NCBI GenBank assembly: GCA_964610875.1
Contig: CAZSWP010000017.1
Span: forward strand, 1 to 64,000
From: an uncultured archaeon
GTDB taxonomy: Archaea > Asgardarchaeota > Thorarchaeia > Thorarchaeales > Thorarchaeaceae
DNA length: 64,000 nucleotides
Direction of reading: 5' to 3'
Numbering within the stretch: position 1 is the first letter of the stretch; every line of letters starts with the position of its first letter. The notes below the pieces were generated by a model. It worked only from the letters and a program-made list of their open reading frames with translations. It had not been told where the DNA came from and searched no databases. The position numbers and the translations under genes were made by a program. Positions 58,173 through 64,000 of the stretch are shown here, one piece after another.

Positions 58173-61100
58173 CTATTCTTCTTCTGGTTCTTCTTCAGCT
58201 TCAGACACTGCCTCCTTTTCTTCTTCGGATTCCGATGTTTCTTCAGATTCATCCTCTACTTCCTCCAGGTCAGATTCCGATTCCTCCTCGATCTCTTCAT
58301 ACTCAGGAAGTGTATCGTCATCAGAACTGGTAGATTCATCATCAATGTCTACTTCTTCATCGGTTTCGCCCATATCGGCTTCTTCAACCTCAGGTCCCTC
58401 AGCTTCAGATGAAGTCTCTTCAGGTTTCTCTGAAACCTCAGCATCAGCAGATGATGTGTCCTCAATATCCTCGGTTTCAGAATCATCAGTTTCAATTGAG
58501 GCATCGTCCGTTTCATCAATTTGCTCAGCTTCTTCAGCTTCTTCTGCTTCCTCAAGCTCAGCACCTTCAGACTCATCATCTTCAACGACTTCTTCAGCTT
58601 CAGTTTCCTCAACATCTTGTGATACTTCAGATTCATCAACATCAGATGCTTCATCAACGGGCCTTTCTTCTACAATGGAATCGAGTTCAGCTTCTAACTC
58701 AGATTCATAATCCTCAGATATGTCCTCCTCAGGAGCTTCGTCGGCACCAATCTCATCAAGAGCGTCTAGTTCGCCCAAGAGATCATCGGTTTCTTCTGCC
58801 AGAACATCGTATTCATAGCCCGGACCAACATCAATTGCTGGAGCAGAGATATCAAGTTCAGCAAGTCCTGCTGCAAGAAGTTCAGAAATAACTTGACCCA
58901 TAGACTTGATGTTCTCAACCTTCGCGGTCTTCTGATCTTCAATTGCACTGACTGCCTTATTGATCTGTTTGATGACTACAGGTATCTTCCAACGACGATA
59001 GCCTACCGCGGCACCAGCAACAGCACCGAATAATACAGTCATGTACAGGATTGTCATCAATAGAGAAACAGGAACGACTAGAAAACCAGATAACCCAATT
59101 GGACTTAGGATATCTAAAGTCTGTTCTGAGATTGTTACCTGGATAGCCACATCCGTCTTATTCTCGTACATCGGTGCAGTAGCACTGAGATATACAGAGT
59201 ATGGTTCTGCACGAAGCTCACCAATCTGTTCTGTGACAAGACTGATGAGATAGTGTGAACCATTGTATGTAATTTGACCTGCTGACAGTGTATATGTAGC
59301 AATAGGAGTTGTTACACTCACATCAATAACATTGTTTGTTCCAATCGGAACTTGATTAGCTAGGTCAAAGTATTGGAACACAATCCATAGTGTACTTCCT
59401 TCCTCTGCAACCACTGAAGGTCCAGTTAGAGAGGTCCTTGCATAGATGGTCAAGCTTGGATGAATAGTTATAGTGGTATAGTTCACAAGTGTAGCAGTGA
59501 TGTTGAGTTCAAGCACACCAGGGATGTAACTAAGATCGATATCAGAGGGATCAAAGTTCAGCTGATATTGACCAGTGCCTGCTTGGTAAGTTGCAGTATA
59601 GTCAGTACCGGCATATGTCATGGTTATGGTAGCCCCCACAAGATTGCCAGATAGACTGACTGCAGTGTCTGATATAGAGAACGTCAGCAGGATGTCAAGA
59701 CCTGTTGCATCGGTATATACTGTGTAGCTTGTTGCATCTGCACTGAGTTCAGTATCTACTGTTTCGATCGTGATATCGAGTACATAATCTGGTATGGTGT
59801 AGTTCTCATTTATGACTCGGATGTAGAGTTCATACACTCCTGCAGGTACTTCTCCCGCATTTATGACGACGAAATAGTCATCATTGTCATCATAGAATGT
59901 CAAAGGATGGAGCGTTATGTATCCACTCCAGAGATAGAACACATCCGCAAACTCAATTGGGACATTTCCTCTGTAAATATCATTGACTCCGACACGGACC
60001 TCGAATGTGTTTGACCACTTTACTGTGATGGAATCATCACTGGGCATTGTGAGTTCATCAGGAATAATTACTCCCTCAATTGGATTGACAATTACACTCG
60101 TTGTATTGAAGCTGTCAACATAGTTCGGTAGAGTATAGTTCAAAGTAAGAACATACCCCTCATCCCGGGCTGCGAACCATAAACTAGATGTGAAATTAAC
60201 TCTGAATGTTCCATTCTGATAGTTTATCATATTCTCGGAATACGGTCCATAGTATACCGTGATTGATGCACTCTCCCATATCATACCTCCGTGCAGTGCA
60301 TCGTAGAGTGTAGCAGTGATAAAGATATTATCAGACCAATAGACATCCTCAACTACGTCTATTAAGAGAGAAGTATCGGTCTCTCGCATCAACACGAATA
60401 CGGTTTCTGGAATATCGTGTGTCTGAAATCCTTCAAGGAAGATATCAATTTGAATGATGTAGAAACTCGCACTCACAGCAGCTGTCATTCCAAGAGTCCT
60501 AGTATCAATCAATAGACTGTAGGTGCCATTCTCATGGTTAAACAAGCCCATTATTTCTACAGCAGGATTGACAATTTGAGTTATTGAACTATCATATGTT
60601 TCAATTCCATCCCCAGTCAAAGTATTATTCCAGAAGAAGCGAATCTCGAATATGTCCGCATAGTATTGTTCAAAGTATTGCTGTTCAAGGATAATCTCAT
60701 TTGGTACTGCAAGAATCCTCACAAAGATTGTTGTTACATCGGTGGTTGCTCCTGCATCAGTTGCAGTAATAATAATCTCGTAGAGTTCAGATTGTGGTAC
60801 CGCATCAAACGCATTCAATGAGATATTGTAAAATCCACTGCCTTGTCCATCCAAACCACCTTCAAGGTCTACAATGGACTCAAGATACCAGTCATAGCTG
60901 ATTGTTGCTGAATCCACAGGTGTAGTTGTCCTTGATTGGTCCCATAAGAAGACCTCGAGTACAAACGATTCGGTCCAATATACCTCAAGAGGATTCTCAG
61001 AGGAACCAAATTCGGTCTCAATGAGTAATGGTACACGTATATTAACTGTCAGCTGGAATGCTGCATTATCGTGGTTATCTTTTGAGAATGTTATATCCAA

Positions 61101-64000
61101 GACGTAGCTACCAGATTCAAGGTTAGTACCCAACGATATTGAGTACTCCCCATCGCCCATATATGCTACATTAATTGAGTCTGTCCAGTTGTGTGTATAT
61201 GACGCTCCAGATAATGGAACAGAACCTGCAGTTCGTTCATAAAATATCAAGAAATTAGCTGTTCCCAACCAATCAACTGTGATATCACTAGACCCAGTGA
61301 CACCCATCGTTATGGGAGCTGGAGACACAGTTAGCAGACTTGCTAAAGCTTTTGTGGCTTGAGCATAGTTTGCTTTGGAACATGTGATAGTTAAGTTCCA
61401 ATCACCAACTGGAAGTAAATCACTTGAGAATGTATAGGTAAATGTACCACCTGAGGCAGAAAGTGTCTTCGTTGCATTGAGATATGACACACCTGCATCA
61501 GTGTACCATCTTAGAACCACTGTAACACTGGAAAGTCCAGGATTGGTTGTGTTGTCTGGATCGAAAATGTAAGTGAATGTGATATCCTGAGTCGTTCCTA
61601 CATTCCAATCATAACCTGAAACTGGTGTGATGATTACCTGCATTGGAATTTCTTCTACAGTTATATCACCAGTGATTGATTGACTGATATAGTTCTGTTT
61701 CTCCAAGCTGATAATCAATGTGTAGAAATCAACATTGAGTTGGTTTAAGACACTCTGTGGAAGAATGAACACATCTCCGCTTGGATTAAGGTCACCAGAG
61801 GCAATTGTTGTTGATCCTCGTTTGATAGTATATGTATAGATGTCTAAATCTGTCACATTCACATTATTGGTTGTATCCTCTAGCCAGAACTGGTAATCAT
61901 TATGAGACCCATAGTAATCAACTATCGAGGTTGTTTCAGATCCATCATCTGTCAAAGCATTTTGAACTGTGACATAGAGAGTGATTGGCGCTGGGTCATC
62001 ATAGGTATCAGTATGAGCGCTCACCCGTATTGTATATGGAGTTTCAGAAGCATTCATCAACCAATAGTCAGTATCAATAATGATTGTGAAATTGATAGTT
62101 CCATCATTGGTTACATAGAAGTACCCTGAGTTATTCCAAGTACCTGAACCAATAAATGTGGATTCGAAGAAGATACTGAAGTTGACCCAGGTAGTGACAT
62201 AGGAAGATATCTGACTTGTATCATTATCACCATCTCTATCATAATATCCCACAATAGCAGTGGCATTCCTTCCCCACCGTACATTGAGGAAATATGCAGT
62301 AGAGTTGAGTTCGGTATACTGCTCATTATATGTAGGTGCTATGATGTAAATAACATTCTCATAGGTCCAATCAAAGTCACATTTTACTATGACAGATGAT
62401 TCGGACTGATCGCCTGAAATGACGTCCACAGTGTATGATAGAGAATATGGACTACTCATGTTTCCATGAATGTAGAAGAATGTGACCTGACCTGAACTAT
62501 TAGTGTTTCCTTGAGCAATAAGACCAACACCCACTAGAGTTACGTTTACCTGAGCATTTTGAACAACTGCTTCAGTTCCTTCCTGTCTTACTTCAATGTT
62601 TAGTCTAGTGATAGCAAGATTTACCGTGAAAGTAATCTCACCCTGTACATTTGTCTGAATGATATCTGCAGTATTATTGCGAGCGGTCTGAGTCAGAGGA
62701 TAGTCATCGTCCTTCCAGACATCCATCTGCCATGTACCATTCACAATACGATAGAACTCAAAGTACCCATTCTCATCAGAAGTTGCAGTAATAGAGTATG
62801 CATTCTCATTTAGTGTGTTATTGATTTTAATGGTGGCACCTTCCACAGGTTGGTCATCCCAGCTATTAACGTAGATGTTCATGGTAACAAGTGGTAGTAC
62901 CCAATCGGGATGGCTGAAAGAACCTCCTATAAACTCAGTCTGACTTATTGTCCAAGCACCGAAATTGGTCATATCATCGTAAGTATAGCTGTCTACTGGA
63001 CCATCATATCTTACAAAGACATCGTAATCACCAACAGGCACGCGATAGAAATACGCCCAACCAGTACTGTTCACTACATCATAGTCTGTGAAGTTAGCTG
63101 TATTGCCATCCGGAGATAATCTTACGGTCGTTGTTTCGTCTGGATTATCATTCATAGAATCGGACATTAGATCATCAAAGTGAATTTCAATTGACGCTAG
63201 GTCTAGAGTTATTGTCACAGGTGTAACAGAACCAGTGATTGCTTGGTTTGTGGAGTCTGTGCTTTCCCAGACCTGTGAGGAAGATAACCAAGTTGCAGTA
63301 ATGTTTGTACGGATATCATAGGTTATGTTGCTCAGACCTTCGAAGATTATCAAACCATTTGCATCAGTAGTGCCAGTCCGAGTTCTTCCATTGTCATCTT
63401 CCCAAACATCACCAGTTGTATTGTATAGTGTAACGGTGGCGCCTTCAACAGGTACACCATCTAGGTCTACTACAGTTACATCCAACTCGAAGAGGTTTAC
63501 CTCCTCTCCAAGGTCAATTGAGAATCCATTCTGGTCATTTTCAGGAGAATAAGCTGGTACCATCCATCCAAATCCCGTATCAGAAGTTGGATAATACGGA
63601 GATGTGGTTGAGAATTTGCCAACATCAACAACGCCGACTGTTGCGTTTGATGTGATGTGATAGAGTGTCATGCTTGTAGACCAAGGCATGAAATATGTCA
63701 TTCCACCCTTAGGAATCTCAAGTGTTTGGCCGTTATAGCCTTCAATGTCCACTTCTGCATTCTCAAGAGCAACAATCATGAATTTGTAACTTCTAGTTCC
63801 CCAGAGTTTGTAATTACTACCGTAACGATCACCAGTGATTGTGGGCACCCAATCCCCTGCATCTGTTGCAGAAGTTGGATTGTAGAGTCCCTCTACCATA
63901 ATCATGTAATTCTCCTCTGCTACAATGTGGAGGATATCTTCAGTATTGGTATCACTTGCCGTGCCACGAGCGATAAGCTGTGAGCTGTTTGCCGCTATAG
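58173..64000 (-). CDS. Giant type-I membrane surface glycoprotein (>1940 aa, continues beyond the window)
   Basis: Frame open to 64000; beta-sandwich/carboxypeptidase-regulatory-like repeats (DGVPVEGATV, GTTDANG), many NxT/S sequons, one TM then RRWKIP, very acidic tail. Confidence 0.9.
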   Translation of the reverse strand, partial: IAANSSQLIARGTASDTNTEDILHIVAEENYMIMVEGLYNPTSATDAGDWVPTITGDRYGSNYKLWGTRSYKFMIVALENAEVDIEGYNGQTLEIPKGGMTYFMPWSTSMTLYHITSNATVGVVDVGKFSTTSPYYPTSDTGFGWMVPAYSPENDQNGFSIDLGEEVNLFELDVTVVDLDGVPVEGATVTLYNTTGDVWEDDNGRTRTGTTDANGLIIFEGLSNITYDIRTNITATWLSSSQVWESTDSTNQAITGSVTPVTITLDLASIEIHFDDLMSDSMNDNPDETTTVRLSPDGNTANFTDYDVVNSTGWAYFYRVPVGDYDVFVRYDGPVDSYTYDDMTNFGAWTISQTEFIGGSFSHPDWVLPLVTMNIYVNSWDDQPVEGATIKINNTLNENAYSITATSDENGYFEFYRIVNGTWQMDVWKDDDYPLTQTARNNTADIIQTNVQGEITFTVNLAITRLNIEVRQEGTEAVVQNAQVNVTLVGVGLIAQGNTNSSGQVTFFYIHGNMSSPYSLSYTVDVISGDQSESSVIVKCDFDWTYENVIYIIAPTYNEQYTELNSTAYFLNVRWGRNATAIVGYYDRDGDNDTSQISSYVTTWVNFSIFFESTFIGSGTWNNSGYFYVTNDGTINFTIIIDTDYWLMNASETPYTIRVSAHTDTYDDPAPITLYVTVQNALTDDGSETTSIVDYYGSHNDYQFWLEDTTNNVNVTDLDIYTYTIKRGSTTIASGDLNPSGDVFILPQSVLNQLNVDFYTLIISLEKQNYISQSITGDITVEEIPMQVIITPVSGYDWNVGTTQDITFTYIFDPDNTTNPGLSSVTVVLRWYTDAGVSYLNATKTLSASGGTFTYTFSSDLLPVGDWNLTITCSKANYAQATKALASLLTVSPAPITMGVTGSSDITVDWLGTANFLIFYERTAGSVPLSGASYTHNWTDSINVAYMGDGEYSISLGTNLESGSYVLDITFSKDNHDNAAFQLTVNIRVPLLIETEFGSSENPLEVYWTESFVLEVFLWDQSRTTTPVDSATISYDWYLESIVDLEGGLDGQGSGFYNISLNAFDAVPQSELYEIIITATDAGATTDVTTIFVRILAVPNEIILEQQYFEQYYADIFEIRFFWNNTLTGDGIETYDSSITQIVNPAVEIMGLFNHENGTYSLLIDTRTLGMTAAVSASFYIIQIDIFLEGFQTHDIPETVFVLMRETDTSLLIDVVEDVYWSDNIFITATLYDALHGGMIWESASITVYYGPYSENMINYQNGTFRVNFTSSLWFAARDEGYVLTLNYTLPNYVDSFNTTSVIVNPIEGVIIPDELTMPSDDSITVKWSNTFEVRVGVNDIYRGNVPIEFADVFYLWSGYITLHPLTFYDDNDDYFVVINAGEVPAGVYELYIRVINENYTIPDYVLDITIETVDTELSADATSYTVYTDATGLDILLTFSISDTAVSLSGNLVGATITMTYAGTDYTATYQAGTGQYQLNFDPSDIDLSYIPGVLELNITATLVNYTTITIHPSLTIYARTSLTGPSVVAEEGSTLWIVFQYFDLANQVPIGTNNVIDVSVTTPIATYTLSAGQITYNGSHYLISLVTEQIGELRAEPYSVYLSATAPMYENKTDVAIQVTISEQTLDILSPIGLSGFLVVPVSLLMTILYMTVLFGAVAGAAVGYRRWKIPVVIKQINKAVSAIEDQKTAKVENIKSMGQVISELLAAGLAELDISAPAIDVGPGYEYDVLAEETDDLLGELDALDEIGADEAPEEDISEDYESELEAELDSIVEERPVDEASDVDESEVSQDVEETEAEEVVEDDESEGAELEEAEEAEEAEQIDETDDASIETDDSETEDIEDTSSADAEVSEKPEETSSEAEGPEVEEADMGETDEEVDIDDESTSSDDDTLPEYEEIEEESESDLEEVEDESEETSESEEEKEAVSEAEEEPEEE

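Noticed and set aside
58147-58891. Ser-rich and Gln/Leu-rich plus-strand ORFs
   Set aside because: Antisense shadows of the acidic low-complexity tail
1-64000. CRISPR arrays, tRNA/rRNA genes, IS elements
   Set aside because: No regularly spaced repeats, cloverleaf or rRNA-like segments, transposase or integrase ORFs seen by eye

Overview
Gene-dense, AT-rich archaeal chromosomal segment with a strong Asgard (probably Thorarchaeia-like) signature. This is inferred from a Rab-like GTPase, a longin-Arf-like GTPase fusion, two more longin-like proteins, LRR/ankyrin/TPR proteins and very large C-terminally anchored surface proteins. Metabolic genes include an acyl-CoA mutase with cobO, a double thiolase-like/DUF35 cluster, an acyl-CoA dehydrogenase, SCP2, panB, a leuBCD-like operon, GH36, FAH and an HDAC-family deacylase. 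I saw no rRNA, tRNA, CRISPR or transposase. Most notable observations: (1) a SERCA-scaffold P-type ATPase with rewritten ion-binding residues (TM4 PINIP, reminiscent of the P4-flippase PISL; TM6 Asp->His), co-oriented 20 bp upstream of (2) a membrane-anchored tandem winged-helix protein resembling the N-terminus of the eukaryotic UFM1 E3 ligase UFL1; (3) a tight five-gene operon of longin-GTPase plus coiled-coil/wH proteins; (4) a ~1570-aa surface protein with a caspase/CHAT-like His-Cys module, amphipathic beta region and DxDxDG repeats. Smaller observations: a reciprocally pseudogenised tandem duplication, a methyltransferase broken at a slippery A8 tract, a candidate structured small RNA and unannotated small ORFs. 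All family assignments come from motif recognition, not database searches.
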